DNA of 63,658 nt. Source: Perkinsus olseni (lineage: Eukaryota). Shown here in pieces: positions 23,900 to 34,941 of the stretch. The notes below the pieces were generated by a model that saw only the letters and a list, made by a program, of their open reading frames with translations, had not been told where the DNA came from and did not search any database. The stretch is from the NCBI GenBank assembly GCA_013115125.1, contig JABANN010000135.1, positions 1-63,658 of the forward strand, given 5' to 3'. Within the stretch, counting starts at the first letter, position 1. Every line of letters begins with the position of its first letter. Position numbers and translations under genes: made by a program.

Positions 23900-26860
23900 T
23901 GCAGGACCAGGTAATAATCGCTAGGGGTCTACCCTAGATAGGGGTCGGAATGCTCAATTGGGTGCTTTCAGGAGAAGGATCTCATGCGGGCCTTCCGAGC
24001 ACGAATGCGAGATGTCTCCAAGGAGCTCGAGGATCAGAAGGAGAAAAAGGGCAACTTCTCGTCGGAGCTGCAAGCTCGGTAGGGACTGTTCCCTCAGCGG
24101 CGCTGCACATCTCCTTTCATCAGACATCGGGAGCTGCTGGCGGAGCTGCGTACTAGTCGGGAACTGGCGCAGGTGGGCGCGTGTATGGTAGAGGAGTGTC
24201 CAGTTATGGCATATCGGCAGTCGTTCGATCGGAAGAACCAACAGTTGGAAGCCGAGAATAAGAGGTTGACGGAGGCACTCGAGACGCGGGAGGATGACCG
24301 GCTGAGTCTCCTGAAGGAGCTGGTGACAAACTCAATCGAGGTGATGACGCTCGTCAAGAGTGATGTCACCAGGTTGCGACCCGACGAGAGGCTGGACGGC
24401 TCAGAGAGATCTTGAAGCAGCGCGAGGAATCCCCCGGAGCATCGCGGAAACAAGGTAACGCTGGTGAGCTCGAGAGGCCGAACTATACTCTATACGAACT
24501 GAGCTCTGTAGCGCACGGGATGCCTGGCGGTGGCCGTAGCTCCTCTTCGAGTTATGGTAGAATGACCACGTACGAAGGCTGAGACCTGCGCCTTTCCTTC
24601 GGGTTTACGAAAGTTCAGCAGGTGGCGACGGGTCTTCATCGATGTTTCCGAGCTCCGACCCCAGTGGTGGCAGTAACGCTGCATTCTTCGAAGGCGGGCC
24701 AGGATCGGAGGGTACAACTTCCTCTCATAACAGGAGTTGGGCAGCAACTTTAGTCAGGCCGGCCGTCAGCGAACAGAGGAGGCTTCAGTGCACGGTCGGA
24801 GATGACCAATAGGGCATACGAGAGGGAACTGAGATACCGCCGAACCATCGAGGAGCTGAGAGATCAAGTCAGCAGTGACAAGTAGCTGCTCTCTACTCCT
24901 GCTGTATGGGCGCGGACTCGCCTCTGGGGGTTAGGTTGGCGTTGAGGTCCCTGCAGGATGCCCAGGAGCGTCTACTGCAACAGCGCTCAGAGATCGAGGT
25001 AAGGGAATCGGAGTAGTGATAGTAGTTGGTTAGTGTTATCATCATCAGGTGTTCCTCCAGCAGTGCATTGATGATGTTAAAAACGAGATAGCTCACCATC
25101 GGAAACAGCAGCAGAAGCTGAATAGCGGTCAGTAGCTCTCCCCAGAGTACCCGCGAGGGAGCTAGTTACTCGGTCAATGGTAGGCCCAGCTCCACTGGTA
25201 CACGGTGAGGAGGCGGGGACAATGGCAGACCGGATTGATACCGTTCATGACCTATCGGCTGGTAGAATAGCGTTTGAAGTCATTGCTTCGCACTGTTCCG
25301 CCCTGCAGTGGACAGGGAGCGCGCGCTGGAACTCTTGTTGAGCCAAGAGAGGGTGGTGAAAATATTGCATCAGAAAGTAAGCGGAGCGGAGCGGTCACCG
25401 GCGTTTACCTTTCGCAGGTCATGGAGAGCCGAGAGCGCGATCATGATCGCTGTGATGACGACCGGCAATCTTCGAGCTTGGTCTCTCATCCGGCCAGCGG
25501 CAGTTTCCCTTCTCAACTTCGTCTCACGGATCCAGACCCTCCCCCAACCTGGTGGAATGATGAGCCTGATGACTCCCCTCAGGGTATTAGAGAGTCCCCA
25601 TTCTGAACCATCGACTCATGTTGGCGTTCTGTAATGGTGTCCACTTCGTTAACTTGCGTTACTCCGCACCCCTCCTGGGCATGTGACTATTCCCTTACCT
25701 TGTTATTGTAGCACCTCACCTTGTTCCACAATGCGGCAGCTCAAATTGGTTGGAAGGTTCTTGCTGTGGGCGGCGACGTCAGCTCGATCTGACAACTCAG
25801 ACGAGGCGCTCAGCGAAGCCCCGGAGTACGGTACTTCTGAGATCATCTACGGCGACTACCAGATCACTGATCGAGCCAGCGGGCAGAAGAGAACTGCTGA
25901 AGTTTTCGGAGGTGCAACCGAAGATTTGGAAGAAATGCGGTATCAAAGTGGGCGCATGTCCAGGGCGAGGAGCTGGCATGGTACCGGGCGGAGCTTGAGC
26001 GTGCCGAGAAGCTCTACAGAACCGCTGGTGACCTTGTGGAGTCGGTCCAAGAGCTATTACAACTCATCGACGAGAATGCGACCGCAGAAGAAAACCATTC
26101 ACCATCAGAGCCCCGGACTTCGCCCAGTAGCTCACGCTCGGACGTCGTGGCAGGCCGAAAATGTTCCAGCCCTGAGGATCGGCTCGTGGCTGCTCTACCC
26201 AGGGCAGTCGAGGAATGTGAGGTCCTTCTGTTGTCCTAATCCCTACAAGTCCGTTGCCTCTGGTGGTAGTACGACTTGGTCATATTGCTCAGGTGAACGT
26301 TTTTTCCGTGAGGACCCGGCCTTCGTTCCAGGGAAGACTCTATTCATCCATCATGATGCAATCGAGACGAAAAGAGAGAAGGCCATTAGACTATGCCAAG
26401 CCGGCCTCCGTGGCATGGCTATCGACGGTGATTACAGAGTGTAAGCCGCGCGGCCCTTCATCATTATCGAAACCTCAATCCGATTCTGCCATAACTTGCC
26501 TGCTGTGATACGACCTCCCTCACTGTTGTACACTCTACGCTCGACTCGATCTTCGTGCTCCATTGAGGATAATACTCGTGGTCGGTCCGAGACAGCATGG
26601 TCCAGGTATATGAACTATCATATTAACCGAGGCATTGCCGTAGCATCGGCAGCTAGTATGGGCGAGGACACGGCCGAGTCGAAGGTGAGTCCACTTCGTT
26701 GGCACCCTCCAACCTATGATTGTTGATCGAGGATCATACGGTTGTTTGGACATTCGACATGCCCGAAGCCCCTCTGGATGAGGACGGCCAAGCAGTACTG
26801 GTTATCGAGCTCAAACTTTTGAGAGTGAGTAGCCGCGACGCCAAGCTGCGCCATTGGACT
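23900..26860 (+). CDS. Large coiled-coil protein (multi-exon, limits approximate; may be more than one gene)
   Basis: Heptad-rich exons (QQLEAENKRLTEALE, ERALELLLSQERVVKILHQK, ESVQELLQLIDEN) with short GT-AG introns. Confidence 0.55.
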
Positions 26861-27139
26861 CTAGCGTGAACCCTGGTCATTCTCGGGCCCTGCACACTTG
26901 CAAGCCTTGTACGTGAAATGGTGTAGAACTTCTACAGTAGAAGCCGGTCAAGTCGGTCTTCTCGTTGATCCGCTCAGAATCTCCGCGAAATTGGTTCCAG
27001 TATGGAGGTCAACGTGGACTCCGAAGGAATGCTCTTTCTGTCTCAGTCTGACAGACCCTCTGCTGACCACTTCCCTACGATCATTTCCATTGCCGAAACA
27101 TTCGGTCAAATTGCGCGGGACCCGACCTCACGCCGGAGG

Positions 27140-28358
27140 TAGGTCTCTCTTGTATATCTTCTCATGATCGCTCAGATCCTGCTCGCTCGCCTGATGAGCT
27201 TCCCTTTAGTCCCAACTGGAGCCCCCAGCCCCTTCTAGACTGCTTCGATCCGCACCTAGACGTCCTTCGGCTGGCCTTCTCCGACAAGCACGGCCAGAAC
27301 GTCGGCGTCGCTAACTCCTTGCCTGAAATGCCCTCTGTCGTCCGTCGCGCTGTAAGCATCGTCGTGGCGAATGCAGTCCAATCTTATTCCCTGCTTGTCG
27401 GCTTGCCACATGCTGTCCTCACAAGAGCATTCCCTCTTCGGAGTCGCCACCATCTCAATGCACCGCTGGACAACCTCCGGGCAGTTTCCGATCCCTCGTT
27501 GACCTCATTTCCGCTGTCGACTATGATGTGTAGCTGATAGCTATCGTTTTGAATAGGAATAAGCTGCCGTGGCAGACGGCTTCGCCGCCACGTCTTCAGA
27601 TCGATCGACTGCTCGGCTCGCAGTATCCAGTAGTGTTGCGTCCCGCCGGCCGGCCTGCGTGTTTGATTGGCGGGGAGTTCTTCTTCGGTGTGCTGGAGAT
27701 GGATGCTTACGAAGTAGATGATTCCGATGGAAATTCCGTCAAAATGGTAACCTCTGCGTGTTCTCGTCCTTTCGTGTTGATCTCGATCATCAGGCATTGC
27801 TGGTGTACGGACGTGAAAGCCACGTCGTAGAGATGAACTTCTTCCAGCAACAAGATGCTTGCAGTGCGCAGAAGTGAGATTCGAGAAGGGAACGTCGAAA
27901 AGGCTTACGCTCAGTGTTCACTTCGACTCTCAACCCGATTCTAAAACGACGGCAGAATCATTGGCTTCGCTTGTTAGAGGAAGATACGTTACAACGGAGA
28001 GTGCCGCTGAAGCATCTTACACAGGGTGGGGCTGATCCATACATCGGCACGAGTATCAGTTGCCGATGAACGTCGTCCTGCAGGTCTAGCGGTGCATCAC
28101 ACCAATCCATCCTTGTGATTACTCTGGTCATCTTCTCGATCATTACCGCGCTCACCATGGCCTACTGTCGTACAAGAAAACGTGCAGTCAACAAGGCAAG
28201 ATCGCTCAGTTGGCCGTTAATATTGCGGAACTTTCTGCCCACTAAGTTTCGTGTCCTTCCTTCAGACGCCACAGGCCTTCATCGAGACCGTGGTGGAGCC
28301 TCTAGTGCTTGCTCATGTAGCCCAGCTCATCACCGAAGTCGAGGAACCAGCTCGATAA
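27140..28358 (+). CDS. Hypothetical single-pass membrane protein (multi-exon, 5' limit approximate)
   Basis: Late exon with a TM helix LVITLVIFSIITALTMAYC plus basic RTRKR, spliced to TPQAFIETVVEPLVLAHVAQLITEVEEPAR*. Confidence 0.45.
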
Positions 28359-28673
28359 GGTTTGGCTTCGCCCGACATTTCAGCATTCATCCGTGCCGTT
28401 TGCCTTTGGCCGCATTGGGATGCCTTACATTCACGAACCTTGCTTATCTGGTGTTGCAGGCCATGCGAAAGAATTATGATGTTGTTGTGTTATGAGTTCA
28501 CCGAACATAGGTTGGAAAAAACCTTCTGATCGGGCCAGCTGGATCCCCTAGGGGTTGCGATGGTGGCCCCTGCGGGCAGCGAATACTGGGACGTATTGGC
28601 CCTTCGACAAGAGTATTTCACCGAGCCCTGAGCGGTGACGTTTCATCTCAGCTCACGCAGTAGATGTGAAGAC

Positions 28674-31609
28674 ATGACTCTATCATGCCATCCTCAAAAC
28701 CAAGCCTTCATGGTACGCTTCCAGGACATGCGAGACACTGCAAGGAGTAGAGGGCAAACGAATCTTGTTCGATCTTATGGGAGGATAATCAGAGCCTTAA
28801 CGAAGTAGGCCGATAGCGTCGCCGAGCCCTCCTCGGTCAGTACGCAACAAACCCTGGGGAACCCCTTTTGTAGATGAGTTGGAAACTCCACTCTCGGAAT
28901 ATATCTTCGACGTGGATTGTCGCTCCTGGGCCGTTGATGCGGACCTCGAAGTTCGCCTCCTGTCGGCCGTGCTCGGCTGACGAGGTGATACATCAGATAC
29001 CCGATGCCCATCACCAGCGGGTGGCAGGCTGAGCAGCTCGACGGTGTCGGCAGTACCTTCGCGCAGGTCGAACCTGTCCGTCCTTAACCGACGTCTAGTG
29101 TAGCTGTTGCAGGTGTTCGTACAACTGCTGAACGAGAAAGAAGCGACCGACTCTCCGAGAAGGTCCTCTCTAACGTGGCGGGATACGTTAAAGTGAGTTA
29201 CGATTTGTGAGTAGCTGATGCAAAGCTCGCCGTCAGCGTTGCGCACGTATTGGTCACGATTCGCCCTCTCAGGAACCGCGCGGAGAAGTTTCAGCGCAGC
29301 GCACCAACTGCTGCATTTGCAGTTCCTGAAGACGGTGAAGCGGCAACAACAGCGCCGAAACAGCGCCAGAGGGAGTATCGTCCTGCGACTGGTGAGCGGG
29401 ATGGCATGGAATCTATGGCTCTTCAAGATAGCGCTACCAATGTTTGTTTCCGTGATGAGGCTATTGGTCGTTGCTTGTGGCATCAGAACTGTGGTGTATC
29501 GATTGACACTGTGAGGTAGGAGGCAAGGTTTCAACAAATATGGGTAGATGAACAGGGCTGAGCCGGGAATCGAACCCGGGACCTCGCGCACCCGAAGCGC
29601 GAATCATACCACTAGACCACACAGCCGCTCGGTTTGAGTATTGTCGGCATTGCTTCACAGGGAGTATTCAGTGGTGCATTCTACTCTCCCTGCAGCTGAG
29701 TCAAAATGGCCTCACCGCAGAGTCACTGCGAAGCCTCAATCGGAAGCAGCTGAGTGTAAGTTCGGTGTTATGATGAAGAAACGCGCCTCTCAGTGAAGCA
29801 CTCTCCTCCATTGATGCTTGCCGTCTGCCCTGGGAGAAGCTCTCGATGGCCATTCGCTCACTCGGTGCTCCCTGCCATCAGACCTGTTGTTCGTCGATTC
29901 AAGACGTTGTCCGTTCCTTCTCATCGGTGGACCGAGAAGTGAGCGCCTCTCCAGCGTCACTGACGGTCAGCACCGCCTCATTGAGATCTCTAGAGAAGCG
30001 GGGCTTACTCTCCGTTGTGGTAATCTTTCAGTGCTTGGCGACCTGGACCGAATTTTTCTTGTCAGGAGGCTCCTAAGGAGAAGGAGTATTGCTTGACACA
30101 GGCTGGAGAGGTCCTCGGCCAACGCATATTGGCCTCTGTCGAGTTCCCGTTAGCGGCCCTGAGCTCCATTAAGTGCAGCACAACGGGGAGTGAATCCACT
30201 CAGACCAGAAAACGTCGAAGGCTTTCATATACGGGAGCTCCCGTGCCGGAGAACGAGCTCGCCCAGTATCGGTATGCTGGGAGCCAGCCCCTTGCTATCC
30301 TGGTGGAGCCTCAGCCCAGCCCAGCCATCCCAGGGCCTTGGGAGGCGGTATTGCTCGTTGACGTCCGTGAGAGTGCCTTGATGAAGGAGCTTTCTGCGCT
30401 CGGAATCCGCGCTGAGGCCCGGAGCCTCCCCATCACTGACTTCCTGTGGGTGAGGAGTGCTCGGACTTAACTGAATTCGCATCGTCACCGAGAGCCCCTT
30501 CAGCTTATGCGGCGATCCATTGACGGCAAGGAGCTCGTTCTCGGCGTAGGAGGTGAACGCAAAACGTGGCAAGATCTGAGTGCTTCGATAATTGATGGCC
30601 GATATGATGAACAGAAATACCGTTTGGCATCCAAGTAGCAATTTCACTGCCGAGTCGGTCCTTCACCAGATTTACCCGTTAGTAACGGGCCGTTACAACC
30701 GACCCGGCTACCGAGCTGGGCCTCCTCTATGCGATGAGACTCTGTCATTTCATGGTTCAGCATCCCTTGCTATGCGTACCTCCTCCCTTTATCTACTCCA
30801 CACTTCAGAGCCATCGCCTTACGGCGCATTTTCTACCTCCTCGAAGGAGACGTCGAGCGAAGCCATGGCCACGCAAGGACCCTCCCGAGTGCGACACTCC
30901 GCACCGCTCTCTGCCACACTCGAATCATTGGAGGCTTTGGCGTAAGGAATCCCCGAGTCCTGGGCAGTGGCGCGGCGAGCAGTTGGTGACAGGTTGTCAA
31001 CACTCCTTCAGTCCGGCACTCAGCAAAACTACTGGCTGCAATGCACAATGTCATTGCCAGACAGAAGCCGGTGGATGAGGGTAGGACAGTGTCACGAACG
31101 CTCCTTATAAACTTCTGGGACAGTCTTGATAGTCATCGCTCAGATAAGTCTACCACTTACGATGCGTTTGCATCATCATGCGCGAAGACCGTCGGCGCCA
31201 CAGTTCGAGATCTAACAGGGGCCATGTTGAGACAAGTAAGTCCATGCGTATAACGCATACCACAACTTCTCGTCTTCCTAAGATATTCGTGATGATATTT
31301 GAACATCATCGGGTCGCCTGATTCAGGTGCCTGGTTGCGGTGCCGAGGCCACCAAAGCGCTGCTTGAAATCACAGAGAAGCGCATGGGTAATGTACCCGC
31401 TCGCGTTGAACAATATTGCTTCGACCCTCTACATTGATGGAGAGCATGCCTTTCCAGATAACGTCACCATGAAGAGCATCAGCAGCCTTCTCCAGAGCAT
31501 GGACGATGTTTCTTTGATGCAGACGGCGAAGGCAGCAAGTAGCAGCAATCGTTCACCCATCACCCAGAAGCTGTTAGACCGACTGCGAGCGGTCTTCATC
31601 AGCGCCTGA
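28674..31609 (+). CDS. MUS81: Crossover junction endonuclease MUS81 (multi-exon)
   Basis: N-terminal HhH (PQNQAF...IRALTK|YPMPITSGWQAEQLDGVG), ERCC4 domain (LLVDVRE, LPITDFLWV, ERKTWQDLSASIIDGRYDEQKYRL), C-terminal TVRDLTGAMLRQ|VPGCG HhH. Confidence 0.93.
29555..29626 (-). tRNA. tRNA-Pro(CGG), inside a MUS81 intron, antisense
   Basis: GGCTGTG TGGTCTAGTGGTATGATT CGCGC-TTCGGGT-GCGCG AGGTC CCGGG-TTCGATT-CCCGG CTCAGCCC; complete cloverleaf. Confidence 0.96.
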
Positions 31610-32263
31610 TACTCGGGTCTCGAATTCGTCCCTTTCGACGCATCACCATATTCATGCAGCGTTTCACCATGATCGCAGTGTTCATGTTCAGAGTATGGCG
31701 CCGCTGCCCCGAGAGGTCGCGCGGATCATGTTTCATTATACCCACCTTTGTAGAACTCATCGGGTCAGTTCGTTACAAAGTGCAACCCAGTGCATTTTCG
31801 GACAATCGGGCTCAACAATGCCACATCCAAGGTAACCGAGCCTTGCTGGATGCTCCGTACCCACACTCCAACTGCCACGAGCCTGAAAGGAATCGGTTGA
31901 AAGCTTTCAACCTGAGCTAGTGGCGCCAACCTCGGCTCATGCTATTGCCCTTTGAGAGATGCATCTCTTCACGCCCTACACGTACGTTGGCCCGACATCT
32001 TTGCCGGAAGTGAAGTGGAGAAAAACGAAAACTTGGGAAGAGTGCATGCTGAAGCAGCAAGAATAGATTTAGATGTTTTGCGGTCATTGAATCCCGGATG
32101 GCCGACAAGTCTCGTGGACAAGCCTATCGTTCCTGGCCTAGGCGGATACCTTCCAGTCTAGAGATTTTGGTTCGGTCGGCCCTCGTCGGGCGCACTGCGC
32201 AGATGGTCTGAGAATTATTCTCGCCTTGGTTGAACCTCTGCAGTGATCTGTTGAATCTATCCG

Positions 32264-34442
32264 ATGGCCTCTCATCACCTCCTTCACAGACGTTTCAACA
32301 TAGCAGGGCCACTACTTCGCAGACAGCCAATCCTCCCAATGGTCCGCCTTTGTAAGCAGTGGCTTATCGTAACAGATGTGCTAGGTACGGTGTTGGTCTC
32401 GAGAGGCTGCGTTACGGGAACTTCTGCCACAGGAGCACCTCAGCCATCTACTCCTCTGCAGTGGGCCCGACTTCGCAGTAACCTCTCATGCTTTCCGCTG
32501 CCGATCGGACAGTCAGCCGATCCGCACTATGTAGATGTCATCGAGCTTAGGTCCGTGACGTCGTCCAGGGCCGACCAGTGAAGCTTCGCAACTCGTTGTC
32601 TCATCCTGATGCGGTAGACCCTCGACAGCTCTTCCCTCGGCAGGTACGGACGATCAGTCGACTCCGCCAGTAGCTTTACCCTCGTTTAAGCTTTTCCCCT
32701 CAGCCTTCCCTCTCCTTCTTATGTTTTCAGTTCGCTTCCTCTGAGGAGCAGCGATACGTTCATTTCACAGTGTCGCGAGCCGGTATGGACCTCGAGGGAC
32801 TCTTCGCCGTGCTCGCCGGACACTCGTGAGCCACCGGCTCCCACCTCGGCTTTCCGGCTTTCCTACCTGAGGTTGTTCTCATCGTCTTCAACTCTTCAGA
32901 TCGGATTCACTTCGCTGGGGCAGTATCCGCAATTCTCACCGCTCGTCCCTATGTACCCAAGTCGTGTCCCTACCGCTAAAAGAATGGGTTTACCATGTTC
33001 TTCCACGGTGGAGCTCCACCAGGGCCGCCATAATCAGTACCGTGAAGCATCTTCCGAGTATGTGTTGTGCCCCCCACTCCGAGTTTCTCAGAGTCTTCCA
33101 CTGCTCGAGGAGGCACATTCGACATCGGACACGTGTCAGTTCAAGGATACCCAATCGATGCTTCTCTCTCTAGCGGCTTCCGCTATGAGCTCACTCTGCG
33201 GCCTGCGATATTGAACGATCCGCAGCCTCCCGAAAACCACCCGCAGGGGCCCACGCCGCTCGACCTAGACGGTATAAGCAAAGCCGTCGAAAATGTGAGT
33301 CAGGCAGGCAGCGTAGAGGCTCGGACGCCGCACTGGGAATCTAGAAAAAAAACGTCATCTGCTTTGCTTATCAGGGGGTTTTTGTACCGCCGCCGGAACC
33401 CGAGAGGCCTCCCATACGAGGATACGAGGGAGTCAAACAGGCTAGCTACCAACAGTTTCCGTTTATTGTAGGCGCGTCCGAGTGACCCCACGTCCGTCCT
33501 TTCTTGTCTCAGAACTACTTTGACCTGCATGCCCTCGACTATCCCCGTTGTCGTGACCATCTCATCGGTTTGGCGGCTCTCTCCGGCAACTTCCGTCAAG
33601 CAGTCGGCTTTCTCTTTGCTCGGGGTTATAACAACGCTGGTGACGCCGCGAGAGCCTTTGATGCGTACGGGGGATGGAGCGCCTCTGGCGGGATGCGCAT
33701 CTTCGGCGCCCTCTCTTGTCATTACCACTGCATAATAGGTTCTCCAGGGGTGATTTCATCGTTTGTGCGGCCTTATTGCCAGAAAGGTTTCACACGGCGA
33801 CTGAAATTCTCCAGAGCCTCTCCGCAGGGATGACGTGGAAGGAGGCGTTCCTCTCATGCGGAGCTTCCCGGTAGGGTTCTCGCTCGGGAACTTACCCCTT
33901 CCCTCGTGGTATGGCAGTTTCATCATCCTCTCTTTTTTAGTCGCTACATCTGTTCGGGCCTCTCATGGATCTGGAATGGCCTTGCTTCTCGCCGTATCAG
34001 TCTCTCCCGTCATGTTCTCCCGGGTGACCTCGTCGTGGCCCCTGGCTCGGACACGCCCATCATGGTCAAGGACGCTGAGGACGCTCGAAGTTTTACCTTG
34101 TCGGATGTCGTCCTTCCTCTAAATCTCATCCATGAGCCCACCTTACCGACGAGTGTCGTGGATGCTCACTCAACAATAATACCGATGCTCCGCGAAGTTA
34201 GAGACCTGGCGAAAGTCCCCATAGAGAAGTTCAGGCCCTTGGTCTCCCTCGCCCGTAGTGTGTACATCGACCCTATCGACGGTGGTGCCCTTCGTGTCTC
34301 CTTCACACTCGATCGAGGCAGCTACCCTGATGTCGCCATGCGGGAGGTTTGCGGTAACCAGATTTTACGCAAATCGGACGAGGAGCCCAAGGAGGTTGAG
34401 CTCAGTCTAGCACGCATGTTTCCGGATATCTGTTTCTTATGA
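32264..34442 (+). CDS. TruD/PUS7-family pseudouridine-synthase-like protein, catalytic motif degenerate (multi-exon)
   Basis: YVHFTV, TQVVSL, FRYELTLR, WNGLASRR, LPGDLV, DVVLPL and VSFTLDRGSYPDVAMRE occur in TruD order. The canonical GTKD is not found. Confidence 0.8.
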
Positions 34443-34941
34443 ACTAGTTTTCTGTAGCGTGGGTCACGATTGAGTGTTCCTGTTCGAAACCGCGATTGAC
34501 GCGCTGGCTTCACCGACACGTGTGTCATTCATTCTAATGCTCTATCTCGCGGTTTCACAGGCAACTTCGACAGCAAGCCGAGTAACCTGTCCACTCCCGC
34601 AAACTCACAAACTCAAGCCTGGTGAATTACGTCGATCATCGAAGAAACTTCGAGTCAATAGCAAACGTTACTCGCCTTCCAACTCACCAACTACCAATAT
34701 TGGTAAATCTATGTAACAATTACGTCAACTTCAGTGGAGGAGAGAAATCTGCTACTGAAACGGTTACTCCTAATGATGATGACAATCCTGCTGTGTTAGT
34801 AGCAAATGTTGTAGTGTCCGAAGAGAGGCTAGACTGCTGATTACGTGAAAGGAAAGCTGTGATCTCATAGTCAACGGATGTGATGATGAAGTTTACGTTG
34901 CGGCATGTGAGCCGCGATGGGAAAGCAGCAAAGAAGAAGGC

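Noticed and set aside
25338-25348. 11-nt match to the perkinsid spliced-leader 3' end (TCTTGGCTCAA on the minus strand)
   Set aside because: It lies within a plus-strand coding exon with no SL-RNA context, so it is a chance match.
28511-28980. Upstream gene interleaved with MUS81, ending in exon DELETPLSEYIF...AVLG* inside MUS81 intron 1
   Set aside because: The phases can be made to fit, but the upstream gene appears to stop at 28358 and no credible linking intron was found.
28797-29591. 264-aa minus-strand ORF
   Set aside because: It starts inside tRNA-Pro and is antisense to MUS81 exons, so it is a shadow ORF.
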